Source of the DNA: Selaginella moellendorffii
Lineage: Eukaryota > Plantae > Lycopodiophyta
DNA length: 64,000 bases
Assembly (NCBI RefSeq): GCF_000143415.4
Contig: NW_003314418.1
Coordinates: forward strand, 72,537 to 136,536
Direction: 5' to 3'
In this document: piece after piece, positions 51,801 to 64,000 of the stretch
Layout: each line of letters opens with the position of its first letter
How positions within the stretch are numbered: position 1 is the stretch's first letter
Notes under the pieces: generated by a model
Database searches by the model: none
Told to the model about the DNA's origin: nothing
The model's input: only the letters and a program-made list of their open reading frames with translations
Translations under genes and position numbers: made by a program

Positions 51801-54800
51801 GTGTTAACTCGACTCGACAAAATGCAACATAAATGCCACACCCCACCAATAGAGACTTACAACACTCAACACCACTAACTTTTATTCACAACACGAACAA
51901 ACTCATGCCACTCCCTTTCCAACCAAACTTAAAACTAATCCAACACCAAGCTACTCAAGGAGCAATAACAAGGTTCCTCGGAAAAGAATTAAGCATTGTA
52001 ACATAAGTCTTCAATAGCAAGCCTAGACAAAATGGCTTAATGCTTCACCGCTATCCATCCCATGACTCACCACTTACAAGACCGTCATTTCCAACATGCA
52101 TCAAGGTAGGGACTCTTGATTGCATGATGTAAACACAAGCAATGAGTTGCACTTCATTGCAAATCATTTCTCCAAGAGGAGAAAATGATTTACGTGTTTG
52201 ATCTTTCGTCCTTGACGACTTTCTTTTCGGTTTCTACTTTGACCAAACCTCAAGCTTGCTTTTGCACTGCCTTCAGTCTAATCCAAGAAAATTTTATGAA
52301 AAAGCACAGTAAGTATTACCTGAACCAATAGACTAATCCCTATAATCTTGGTTGATCCACTTGTAATCATACCTAGGAAGGATCCACTAATGCCGTGCTA
52401 AACAACTATGGACCAGCCTATTTGCCACTCATAGCAAACCCAGGGAAGGTTTACTTTCACCTATGGTACATGGAATAACTCATGGAACCACTGATAGGCT
52501 AACATTAATCTTGCCAACTCAAAGCATAACCTCGAGTTGCTAATGTGCTTCACTCACAAGCCCAAGCACAAACTCATGCAAACGGAACAACTCAGTCTAT
52601 CCTATGAGCCCAAGAGCAAGCTCACATGATATTGTATAAAAAGGTAACCAAAATCCATAACCAAGGAACCAATGCGAAATCAATTTTAGCACCCAAATGT
52701 GTACTTACTCGGATTATCGTTTTCATCTCTGTGTATGCAACGAGATTAGTTGCCCAATCTCATTGAATACTACTCACTAAGACTCTTTCTCTGATACCAA
52801 ATGTAGCGCATGTGGTTTTGACCCTTTATTCTATAGTGACTTCCCATAGCATAACCACGAAGTAGAACCTAAACCCTCCATATGCCACATGTCACATACC
52901 ACATGTCCAAAGGACAGTGGTGTGGAACCTGAGTTTCAGAGCCTTAAGCCACTGAACGAAGGAATAGTGTCAAACTCCCAAGTATGGAGCCAAGGAGTGA
53001 CGGAACCAGTCCACAGAGCAACTCCTAAGCATACAACCCAAGGAGCGAAGGGACAGGAGCCCAGAGCAACTTAGAACAATCCTAGAGTAACTAGTGTCCC
53101 AATGTGTCACAAATGTGACTTCGGGTATCAAAAGTTACCTATCTACTAGTTCTTTTGGATATTCTTTCCTTACTACCACGACGGCAGGAGGTCAGTATTG
53201 CTGGATCCTTTATTAGTCTCCACCTAAGCTAGTTGAGAAACTGGTCATCACATGTGCACTTAGACCGGAAGGGCACTAAGGAAGGAAATCCTACGTTATC
53301 ATTTAGTCAAGCATATTTGACATGGTGATGAGAAAGGCATGTGTTACGTGGCATAAAGAGGGTTTAGGTTCCGCTTCGTGGTGTTATCCTATGGTAAATC
53401 ACCATAGGATAAAGGGTAAAAACCACTTGCGCTACATTTGGTATCAGAGGATGAGTCTCAGTGAGTACTATATAATGAGATTGGGCAACTAGTTTCGTTG
53501 CATACACAGAGATGAAAACAATGATCCGAGTGGGTACACGTTTGGGTGCAAAGACTTCGCAATTGTTCCTTGGGTATGGATTTTGGTTACCATTTTTATC
53601 ATAATATGTGAGCTTGCTTGTGGGCTCATAAGAGGGATTGAATTGTCCAGTTGCACGAGTTTGAACTTAGGCTCGTCAGTGAGGCACATTAGCAACTCAA
53701 GGTTATACTTTGAGTTGGCAGGATTAATGTTTGCCTATCAGTGGTTCCATGAGTTTTTCCATGTACCATGGGTAAAGGCAAACTTCTCTGGGTTTGCTAT
53801 AAGTGGCAAATAGGTTGGTCTGTAGTTGTTTTATTAGTTTCAATGTTGAAGTTGGCTTTTGCATTTAGCAATCATTGGTGATAATTAACTATCATTTAAA
53901 ATAGTTGATTATCCTTATCAAAAGGTTTTGCTTGATTGTTGTTGATGTAGAATGATTCGCTGTTCTTTGGGATGGTAGATTCTTTCTTCGACAGTGATTA
54001 TGCATCTCTTTATTGATAGGATGATTGATGTTCTTTTATGATAGTTACTTATTCTCTTTTATCGCTTATGGCTTTTTGCAATACCACATATCCTTTGTGG
54101 TTTGCTCTGGCTTGGTCTCTTGGGTTTGAGACATCAATAAGATGTTGCTGACACTTGCTTAGGCAACTTGAATTCCTTGGTATTGTTTGTTGGGATATAT
54201 TCAAATTGGCTTATTGCGATAGTTGACATGAATAAGTGTTTGTTGGTCTTACCACATTCATTCTATTCTGTTGATTGTTGCTCAAGTTAGTTTTGATAGA
54301 TTTGAATATTATTTCCTTTGAGTGATACATTTGCGAGTATTCTACTTGCCAGTCAATGATATTTTGTGTTCTTTGAGTTATCTTTCGTAAGTTGTTTAGC
54401 ATGCTATCTATAATCTTTAGTAGTTTAGTTTTCTCATTGAGTTTTCTTGATGATACATTGGCTATTGAATTTTGTTGGATGGTGAATTCTATGTTTCCAA
54501 ACATATGATGATCTTGGTGGTTCCTATACTATAATATTGGTTTATCGGATGATAACTTACTTGGAATACTTTTGTGTTCTAATCTAAGATTTATTCACTG
54601 ATAATTAAGTCTCTCAAATATCATTGTCTCTGACTTTGATATTATCCATCTATTGATCTTTGAGTTTGGGCCAGTATAGGTAGACTAGCTTTAGCACTTC
54701 ATGTGCATGGTGAAATCTTTGGTCATGGGGTAGCTACTATCGATTGGTCACATAACCCGCCTCTCTATCGATGTTCCTTATTCCGTTAAAAGGGTATAAC

Positions 54801-56048
54801 CGTGTAAACAACTCTAACTACCTGTTTACAGTAGTCTATCTAAACCTTACCGACAGGTTTAGTTTCTTTGTTCAAGAGAGTTGGGGCCTCTGACTTCTCT
54901 TTCTATGTCCCTGTGGGAAGGGGCGTATCACACTTTTGTAAGCTGGGTGACACCTAGAGTAGCAAGGGTGGCTAACTCCGTTGGTCATTTCCTTGTCGGT
55001 GACGGCCGAAAAGTGTCTGAGCTGGTAGCACATCCACGTTAGACACAGAGGTTACCCCTAACTCATTTAAGTTGGTGCATTTCTCACAAAGTGTGAGTTT
55101 TTCTAGAGTTGTTTCCTTGGGAGTATTCTAGACTTGAGTATGCATTGACGAGGATGTCGATCTTCCCTAGGGGGGGAGAGTGTCGTGAATGTGACTTCGG
55201 GTATCAAAAGTTACCTGTCAGCTAGTCCTTTCGGATATTCTTTCTTTACTGCCACAATGGCAGGAGGTCGGTATTGCTGGATCCTTTATTAGTCTCCACC
55301 TAAGCTAGTTGAGAAACTGGTCATCACATGTGCACTTCAACCGGAAGGGCACTAAGGAAGGAATCCTACATTGTCATTTAGTCAAGCATACTTGACATGG
55401 TGACAAGAAACTCATGTTGTTGACTTGCACTTACTAATGTTAGGAACCCCTACGATATTGAGCTTGGTCCCTCAATATTCGCTAAATAATAGCTTACCGT
55501 GTTTGCCAAACACCCTCGCTATCATGCTCTTTGTGTTAGTCTCATTTTGGTCTCAAATACTATTTATGGAAAGTGTCTAGATTTGCTCATTTGGCATATC
55601 TACAGAATGTAGAGATTGGCCTGAACACGATGGTATTCGTCCTGTGTCCAAATTTGCAATCTAGCACCATTCCATATTTGTAAGTTTCGAGCTTGTCCTA
55701 GAGACTAACTCCTGATACTAAGGGAGGCTTGGGGTNNNNNNNNNNNNNNNNNNNNNNNNNNNNNNNNNNNNNNNNNNNNNNNNNNNNNNNNNNNNNNNNN
55801 NNNNNNNNNNNNNNNNNNNNNNNNNNNNNNNNNNNNNNNNNNNNNNNNNNNNNNNNNNNNNNNNNNNNNNNNNNNNNNNNNNNNNNNNNNNNNNNNNNNN
55901 NNNNNNNNNNNNNNNNNNNNNNNNNNNNNNNNNNNNNNNNNNNNNNNNNNNNNNNNNNNNNNNNNNNNNNNNNNNNNNNNNNNNNNNNNNNNNNNNNNNN
56001 NNNNNNNNNNNNNNNNNNNNNNNNNNNNNNNNNNNNNNNNNNNNNNNA

Positions 56049-56628
56049 TCCCCCAAGGTTCAAGGCACCACGGTGACAGTATATCCAAATCTCATCCCAT
56101 GATCACATGCGCTACACTCACCCCCCCTTCAGAGATGTCAATGTCCTCATTGACTATTGACTAGCAACCCCTACTGAGCCAAGGGGAACCAGCACCTCCA
56201 TTTCCGCACTCAATCTAACAATCCTTCCATTGTGTAGACCAGCTATTCCATGTGAGGCAACTAGTCATCCACCCGTACCGCAGTCCCACGGTGGATACCT
56301 TCGTCCGTGGATACTCCACACAAGAGGAAGGACGTACGCATGGATGCCCAATACGTACGATTTCAAATTTAGGGGTAGGAATATACCTTGCTCAAGGGTA
56401 TATTATACTTTTAAGTAGCCACTAATCAATGGGAATCGAACCCGTGCCATTTGCTCCGATACCAACTGTAGCGCACCTTATCTCTCTCCCCTTAAGCCAA
56501 CTGGAAAAGGGGCAATTGCTTGATGAGAGAGCCCTTAGTGGCTATTTTATCCCCATTTATCCCCTAAGGTTCCAAGGATCCACGGTGACAGTATATCCAA
56601 ATCTCATCCCATGATCACATGTGCTACA
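56049..56628 (-). mobile_element. TRIM family B element (left end in gap)
   Basis: LTR end at 56116, PPT at 56117-56128, ~325 bp interior, PBS at 56453-56464 and a 162-bp LTR at 56467-56628. The family-A LTR resumes at 56629. Confidence 0.88.
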
Positions 56629-56779
56629 CTCCCGCTTGTGTGCCTGTCCTTGTTCTGCATCCGGCTTGAGTCTAAGCCCAAGTTCCATATCATGCTAGCT
56701 GGTGGAGTACCCATGTCCTTGCGTTAGGCCACTAGTATATTGAAATAGCGCCAAACTTTGTTTGGCTCCGTTTTGCGTG

Positions 56780-56895
56780 TGTAAGCTCCTGAATTTGGAC
56801 TTCCCGAGAGGTCACCCAACCCAATACTATTCAAACCCAAGGACGCTTAACCTCAAGTATCCCAAGACCCTTAACTGATTGGAAAAGGGGGTGCA
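56780..56895 (-). mobile_element. Truncated Cassandra LTR
   Basis: Reverse complement of ~39690-39805, including the 5S-like domain. Confidence 0.85.
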
Positions 56896-57910
56896 CTATA
56901 GGATAAAGGGTAAAAACCACGTGCGCTACACAATGCTAGGACCAGCATGCAAAACAGAGCCAAATAGAGTCTAGCGCTATTTTGGCATACCGGTGGCCTA
57001 ACACAAGGACATAGGTACTCCATCAGCTAGCATGGAATGGAACTTGGGCTTAGACCCAAGCCGAACGTAGAATAAAGATAGGCATGCAAGTGGGAGCTAG
57101 ACTATGCCTCAGGTTAGTTGGAACACATGCTTTGGGCTTTCATCCCAAACCTCCCTTAGTATTAGAAGTTAGTCTCTAAGACAAGCTTAAAACTTACTAA
57201 ATATGGAATGTCCCTAGATTGCAAATTTGGACACCGGACGATCACCATTGTGTTCAGAACAATCTCTATATTTGATAAATATGCCAAATGAGCGAATCTA
57301 GATACTTACCATAAATAGCATTTAAAACCAAAATGAGACTAACACAAAAGGCATGATAGCGAGGGTGTTTGGCAGACACGGTAAGCTATCATCTAGCAAT
57401 AATGAGGAACTAGTCTCAATACGCGAGGGTTTTTGTCAAGCCAGTGCAAGATAGAGCAAAAGAGAATAAAAAAGCCGGGCCAAGTATGCTTGGCTAAATA
57501 GACACTTAGGAATTCCGTCCTTATGCTCATTTGGTCAAGTACAAATGCAAATTCCAATTTACTAACACTTGAACAAGAGGGACTATAATAAAGGGTCCAG
57601 TAATACCAACCTCTTATCATCATGGTAATAAGGAAAGAGTGTCCATAAGGACTAGCCGACAAGTAACTTTCGATACCCAAAGTCACATTCGCGACAACAA
57701 AAGAGAGTCATCCAAAACTGATCTATAGGTGTACAAGTGCACGCCAAGAAATCTCAAGCTTCTTTCGAGAAACTTAAATTTGAATTTGGCTAAGCATAAG
57801 CCCACACACTAGCTTAAAAAAACAAGAGACCATGAGAGAGAGTGTGTTAGAAATCCTTACATTTTTGAAAAATGAATGTGAGACCATGCTTGTTCAAAGT
57901 TAAGTAACCC

Positions 57911-58803
57911 CCATTTCTCTGGTCATTTTACAAACTTGCACTTACCAATCTGTTTCTCTCTTAATTTGAATTTGGTTTATTGTGAGCTTATATTCTTTCA
58001 TCAATACATTAAATTGGGTCTTTAGTATGCAAGTGCATGCTAGAAATTCTTTGACTTTGTGTGCGCTTATTTTATGCATTTTTAATTATTTTCACTATAT
58101 ATTTTCATATTTTGTTTTCTCATATTCACAAAAGGAGCTTTGTTTTTTAATTTCCTATTTTCTTGTCTTTTTTTGTACTTTTTTCCTTCTATTTATGTTT
58201 TGATATTTATAATTTTCTTTGTTTTCTTAAGTTGTTAAAGGAGATGTAGTAGAGATTGTTTGGGATAATGGAGAATCAATTGCAAAGGGAAGAATAGAAT
58301 CTTTAGATGCTACTTGCATTTATCACTGTGCTTCTTTAAGAGTTAGATGTGTTTTGCTTTGCATTATTAAGGTGCTTAACTCGAATTACTCCCCCCTTAC
58401 AGGTGAGTTGGATGTTAGTGGGTTTTCTATATAGAAGTAGAATCAACTGATATCTCTAATAGAGATATTTCCTACCAAAATCTCTTAAGGAAATACAATT
58501 GGAACACAAAGGAATAATGATGAAGATGTTATTCCACAGAAGATAGAGAGTAAAAATTATTTCCAAAGGCAAGAATATCCCTAATTCTGGTTATTCTTTT
58601 ATAGATATAAATACTTGTAGTATATGGTATAAAGCTCTTGTGAAGATAGTGGATGCTATACATGCAGCTGTGGCTGAGGGACTAATTATTGTTGTATGCC
58701 CTCAAGATGCTCTACACAACATAACTTTATGGTGGGATTATATTGGAATCTCAATCTCTTTTTTTGTTGATGTTTCAAGTAAGTTGGAAATAGGTAGTCT
58801 AGT
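57911..58803 (+). pseudogene. Second copy of the diverged Sola-like transposase N-terminal relic with its upstream AT-rich flank
   Basis: Inverted copy of ~3183-4071. The ORF at 58640 reads AAVAEGLIIVVCPQDALHNITLWWDYIGISI...EIGSLV. Confidence 0.7.
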
Positions 58804-59099
58804 TGAGAAGAACACAACAAACCAAAGACAACAACAACAAAACCATGAAAGCAAATTCAAGAAAATGATAACTAAAAAAAACTCTAGCACAACATTGAAT
58901 GTACATACACAACCCTGATCCACTCAAGAAACAAGAGCGAGATCAGATGCAACAAATATGAGAAGAGAAGAAACAATTCCAACAAAAATTATAAGTAAAC
59001 AAGCAATAGAAAACTCAAGTTTAAATCAAAATCCTTGAGACTATATTCAAGACTTTTGATAAAATGACTTAATCCACATAAGTTGGCAAACCAAGCAAC

Positions 59100-59316
59100 T
59101 ATAGCATATGTGATCATGGGATAAGATTTGGATATGCCGTCACTATGGATCCTTGGAACCTTGGGGATAAATGGGGATAAAATAACCACTAAAAACTCTC
59201 TCATCAAGCAATTGCCCATTTTCCAGTTGGTTTAAAGGAAGAGAAATAAGGTGTTTTATATATGGTATCGGAGCAAATGGCACAGATTCGATTCCTATTG
59301 ATTAGTGGCTACTTAA
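59100..59316 (+). mobile_element. Truncated TRIM family B (LTR, PBS and start of interior)
   Basis: Homologous to the reverse complement of 56410-56628, with tggtatcggagc at 59263. Confidence 0.8.
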
Positions 59317-59399
59317 GTACTCTTCTAACAAACTTGGCTCAAGAAAATATACATTATCACATACTAGAGGAACAATACCATCACTCTTGGAGGACACAG

Positions 59400-62300
59400 A
59401 GATACTCCACAACTATCTACTAGTATTGTAAAGAAGATCACAAAGAAATTTTAACTAACCATAATCAAACAATATGACTAGAATGAAGGACTTGACAGCT
59501 ATGAAGAAGCTCAAATTCTCAAGGCATACCCCAAATTAAAAACACTAATCTAAGTCAATCTCAACCAAATCATCTTGAAGAAAACATGCAATCAAGATCC
59601 TCAACTTCAAAATGAAGATTTCCAATACCAAGATTTGAAAGAAAAGACAACACCGGCACACATGAAAAAACAACGAGAACATTCAAGCATCAAACTTGAA
59701 TAGTTTAAACTGACGCATCAACAAATTCCACTCCAAGAACAACCAGATCTATGACAAGAAGGATCACAATTTACACCAATACTCAACCTTGAAGAACCAG
59801 CTCAAGAAATTAACCTTGGAACACCTGAAGAACCAAAAGAACTTCACATTGCCCAAGAGTTTGACGAAGATTTTAAAGCAAAAGCAACGACACTTATCAA
59901 GATGTTTTCACCTGGTCCTAGACCGACTTACGAGGAATTCCACTTGAACTCTACACACATTGGATTGAACTTCTATCACAAGTGGTACCAACAAAGCAAT
60001 CAGCCTACCGAATGAATCCCAATATACAAACCAAAGTCAAGGAAGAGCTTGATGAACTTTCTCCTTCTGGCAATTCTCTTCTAGGACTACATGAAGCCAT
60101 TGTCAGCAGTGTCCTATCAATGGGTCTTGAAAATGTTGGATTCATCTTCCCAATACAAAATCCAATATAGTTATCATCACTAGTCATTGTCCCCAAAAAG
60201 AACAACAAGCTTAGGATTTGTGTCAACTATAAAAAGCTCAACAATACAATTCAAATGGACACCTTTTCAATTCCATTCTCTGATGAAATTCTTGATGCAA
60301 TTGTAGGATATGAGATATACTCCTTTCTCAACGGCTTCAGGAGACACAATCAAGTACATATTGCGCTTGAAGATCAACACAAGATGGCTTTCATCAATCC
60401 ATAGGGAGCATATGCCTATCTTTGCATGCCTTTCAGTCTCTCCAATGCATTATTCATGTTTCAATGGATCATCACTGACACTTTTCGAGAATACCTCACC
60501 GAATTTATGCGAGTATTTATGGATGACTTCAGTGTCTTTAGCAACAAAGAAGATCATCTCCAATGCTTAGAGAAATGCTTCATCAAATGCCATGAACACA
60601 ATATCATATTGAACCCTGACAAGTGCATTTTCTACGTCAAATCAGGAATTCTACTCGAACATGTAGTTTCCAAAGAAGGAATCCTCATTAACAAGGACAA
60701 GACCCTCATAATCACCAACATACAACATCCATTCAACATTTCAAGCCTTTGATCATTCCTCAGTAAAATGGGATACCATTGAACATTCATCAAAGATTAC
60801 ACTAAGATTGCAAAACCCATCACTGAACTCCTCAAGAAGAATCAAGCTTACAACTGGACTCAAGATTGTCAAAACGCCTTCATCAACCTCAAGAATTCCC
60901 TCACCCAAGCTCCAATACTTGCTCAACCAAACTGGAACAAAGACTTCAACATCTAAGTTGATGCCTCTAACTACACCCTCAAAGCAATCCTTTTGCAACA
61001 ATAAGATCATAAAGACCAATCAATCTACTATGCAAGTCAAAGACTCAACTCAACCGAAATGAACTACACTACAACTGAGAAAGAAGCTCTAGCAATGATC
61101 TACGCACTCTAGAAGTTTCAACACTACCTACTTAGTAACTTCCTCCACCTTCTCAACAAAATGATCCTCATTGGCAGAATTGCACGATGGTTTTTATTAC
61201 TTCAAGAATACAACTTTAAGATCATCTACAAGCCTGGAAAAGAACATGAACAAGCCAACCACCTAAGCTGCATTACAACCAATGAACAACCCAAACACAA
61301 CATGGACAACTTTCTTGACTCCAATATCCTTCGATTCCACATATCACCAACCTAGATAGACAACATCTACTACTACCTCATAACAGTAAGGAGCTAGCAA
61401 GGAGATGATCAGGAAATTGTGACTAAAACTCTGTCAAGAAAATAGGAATAACCAAAGCTCATCATCAACATTTTTCAACAAGATATCACACTCACCCTTT
61501 TAAAACTTTTACAGGTAGTTTCATACTTGAGAAAACAACTTCTCAAGATATGTTAAGCTTCTCCACCAAAAAACTTTAGCTCAAGTCAAGAAAAAAACCA
61601 ACAACTCATCCCATAAGGCAAACATCCAACCTAGCGACTATGATGAAGATGTACCATGCATCCCAATCACGATAGGAAAGAACAAAGTTATATAAGTAAT
61701 CATCAAAGGCAAAGCAAATGTCAACATTATCGAGTATTCAACTTGCAAAGCAATGGGACTTGAACCAATCCACTCTACACCCTTCAATGTCAAGATGGCT
61801 AACGATTGGAGTGTACAACCATTAGGAATCATGCACAACATTTCTATCAAGATTAAAGATCAAGAATTTAAGGTAACTTTTCATTGTACTCAAGATGGCA
61901 AAAGACAAAAGCTGCTACGAAGTACTTGTCTTGTGCAACAATACCAAGTCGATATTCAACCTTTCGACAAGTGCCAGAAATTTGTCTTGAGGACCAGAAC
62001 CTTTTCCATCATGGGACGAAACTTGTACNNNNNNNNNNNNNNNNNNNNNNNNNNNNNNNNNNNNNNNNNNNNNNNNNNNNNNNNNNNNNNNNNNNNNNNN
62101 NNNNNNNNNNNNNNNNNNNNNNNNNNNNGCACAAGGCTTCAACCATACTACCCTCAAGGCAATAATGAAGCAGAGTCTACAAACAAGACACTTAAAAACA
62201 TCCTTATGAAAATTGTGAAAATAAATTAGAAAGACTAGGACAATCACATCTACAATACCCTATAGGCATATCAAACTACACATAAGGTTTTAACAAATTT

Positions 62301-62410
62301 GACACCATTTAAGCTCACCTACGGCCTTGAAGCTTTAACACCACTCGAGTACATTATTCCATCACTACGAATGGCAATATAATACGAAATCAACCAAGAA
62401 GAATTGATCT
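59400..62410 (+). mobile_element. Rearranged Gypsy pol relic of the host-element family
   Basis: RT (FMRVFMDDFSV) at ~59980-60750, RNase H to ~61300, a protease-like block at ~61400-61890 and an integrase end (YYPQGN.EAESTNKTL) to ~62400. Confidence 0.8.
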
Positions 62411-62439
62411 TCATATGATGGCCAAGACTAACTATTATC

Positions 62440-63490
62440 AAACAATTCTTTTGATAGAGTTATGCAATCTTATGTGCTAGGTGCTACTTTGATGATGTCC
62501 TATGACTAAGGAGGAACATGAGATGCATGTGCCGCTATTGAGGGAGAACAAACTGTATTCTAAACTGTCAAACCGTGAGTTCTTCTTGGAGGAGATCACC
62601 TATCTCAGACATGTGGTGCCACGAGATGGTGTGCAGGAAGATCTTCAAAAGACTCAGATAGTCATTGACTAGCTTGTTCCCCCTACTGTGCATGGGTTTC
62701 CTTGGTATGGTGGGAGTCTTTTGCCGGTTTGTGAAGGACTTCTCCTTGATTGCTGCTCCTTTGATGGATATTCTTTGAAACACCACCAAGCATGCTTAGT
62801 TGGTGTGGGGTGAAAGCGTCAAGAAGCATTTGAGCAGTTAAAGCAATCATGTATATTCTACAGATATTTGCTTGTGATAAGCCACTTGTGGCTTATCACA
62901 ACCAAATATCTGTAGAATATACATGATTGCATATATTCCATAGCTCATGCTATGGAGTCTATGCATTCAGAGGGTATGGCTCATGAGTCCTTTTCTCTTT
63001 CTGATCCTAGTGAGGCCATGGGTGTCAGTGTGGACCAAGGAGAGAATGTATCTACTCGTGTTCTAGCTGACACTGCTGTCACTAAGCTTTCTGAAGGAGT
63101 GAAGAAGAATTTTATCAACTCATCTAAGCTGTACAGTTGTTTGTGCAATGAGTTGTGCATAGCCAAGTGCTCAGTGTCCTCTGCTATGCATACTTTCATT
63201 AACAAGGCTAGTGATGAGGGTATAGGAGCTGTCTTGGTGCAAGACTGCTGTCCTATTGCCTACATAAGCCACAAGTTTGACACAACTTAGCTGAAATGCC
63301 AACTCGGGATAGGAAGTTGTATGTTGTAGTTGTTGGAGTCAAAGAATGGAGGCATTATCTGTATGGTTTGGATTTTTCATGTGGATAACTTTACCACTTG
63401 TCACTCTTTTTACTCACCAGATGGAGCTTCGAGGCCGGCTAGCTCATTGACTGGAGTTTTTGCAGGAAATGGAACCAGAGTTTAGCTATG
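62440..63490 (+). mobile_element. Highly decayed chromovirus-type RT/RNase H relic interrupted by unrelated DNA
   Basis: Residual GFLGMVGVFCRFVKDFSLIAAPL and ASDEGIGAVLVQDCCPIAYISHK. Confidence 0.6.
62843..62930. repeat. 88-bp fold-back palindrome
   Basis: 43-bp arms with one mismatch and a 2-nt centre (tt). Confidence 0.93.
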
Positions 63491-64000
63491 GGGTTTAAGG
63501 TGACGAAAACCGGGGATTCCCAAGTAAAAGTCAAAGGGTAATTTTGACCGCAGATTACTCGTGAATTCGAAAGATGATTTTTAAAGCAAAGTTGCTAGGT
63601 TTTCCAAGACAATTTTCCTGTTTCTAAAAGGAGTAGACGGTAAAGGTAGTTGTTTCTCCATTGTCTAGGATGGTGAACTCTATTTCATTTGGGAAGCTCT
63701 CCAATGGTTTGCTACATGAAATTAAGGAGCTTGTTGACTTTGACTCCTTTGTAGTGAAGGCACATGCAGTTGTTTTGAAGCGGGACACCTCTTCCAATGC
63801 AATTGTGCTTCCTTTGATGTACAAGATGGTTTCCTAGTCAAGAGGAATTGGGCTATGGTTCCTAGAGATGATGTTCTTTTACAGTGGATTCTGTAAGAGT
63901 GTCCATTGCACCAAGTGCAGGACATCGAGGACATGTGTTCTGGTAGAGATGCATTTATTTTTGCCTGGAATGACGTCAAGTGTTGATAAGTATGTGCATA

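Larger units (their letters stand above)
53105..56930 (+). mobile_element. Internally deleted family-A element inserted inverted into the LTR of another family-A element
   Basis: TSD CAATG (53100-53104 and 56931-56935). Shortened 5' LTR at 53105-53436, PBS tggtatcagag at 53439, PPT at 55169-55180. The 3' LTR at 55181-56930 is itself interrupted. Confidence 0.9.
46697..57696 (-). mobile_element. Full-length non-autonomous (LARD-like) family-A LTR element
   Basis: 3' LTR at 46697-47825, PPT at 47826-47837, ~5 kb interior without long ORFs, PBS at 52789-52799. The 5' LTR is split into 52802-53104 and 56931-57696. The outer TSD is not convincing. Confidence 0.82.

Noticed and set aside
56425-56450. 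tRNA gene or SINE
   Set aside because: Only a T-loop/B-box motif is present, with no cloverleaf or tail, and it lies in a TRIM interior.
46692-57701. TSD for the outer family-A element
   Set aside because: The flanks ATAAG and ACAAA differ at 2 of 5 positions, so this is not supportable.

Overview
Repeat-dense land-plant genomic DNA, shown by Cassandra and TRIM elements, a plant SEC16 fragment and CCCTAAA repeats. The 45-56 nt introns suggest a compact-intron lineage such as a lycophyte (inference). I see no intact host gene. The window is a stack of nested transposons. A decayed non-chromovirus Ty3/Gypsy element (~6.0-37.4 kb) carries two insertions in its integrase. One is a 4.4-kb LTR element (12003-16437). 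The other is an 18.1-kb DNA transposon (16720-34831) with perfect 24-bp TIRs and a 4-bp AAGT TSD. This transposon is the most interesting object here. It encodes a Sola-like DDD transposase (~1022 aa reconstructed; two defective copies across an N-gap). It also carries a divergently transcribed multi-exon accessory gene with a ParB/DGQHR-like domain, a degenerate methyltransferase-like segment, an acidic tract and an FCP1/NIF-like HAD domain. About 35 copies of a 22-bp palindrome (ATGGCRTG-N6-CAYGCCAT) are spread through the element, including inside the tiny introns of the accessory gene, which suggests a TE-encoded protein plus cognate binding-site system. The rest comprises a ~1.13-kb-LTR non-autonomous family that inserted twice into its own LTR, a Cassandra element, a second TRIM family, an intron-containing SEC16 fragment fused to Gypsy sequence and present twice, and further Gypsy relics. 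All alignments were done by eye. Exact coordinates are given where TSD, TIR or splice motifs anchor them; the others are approximate.
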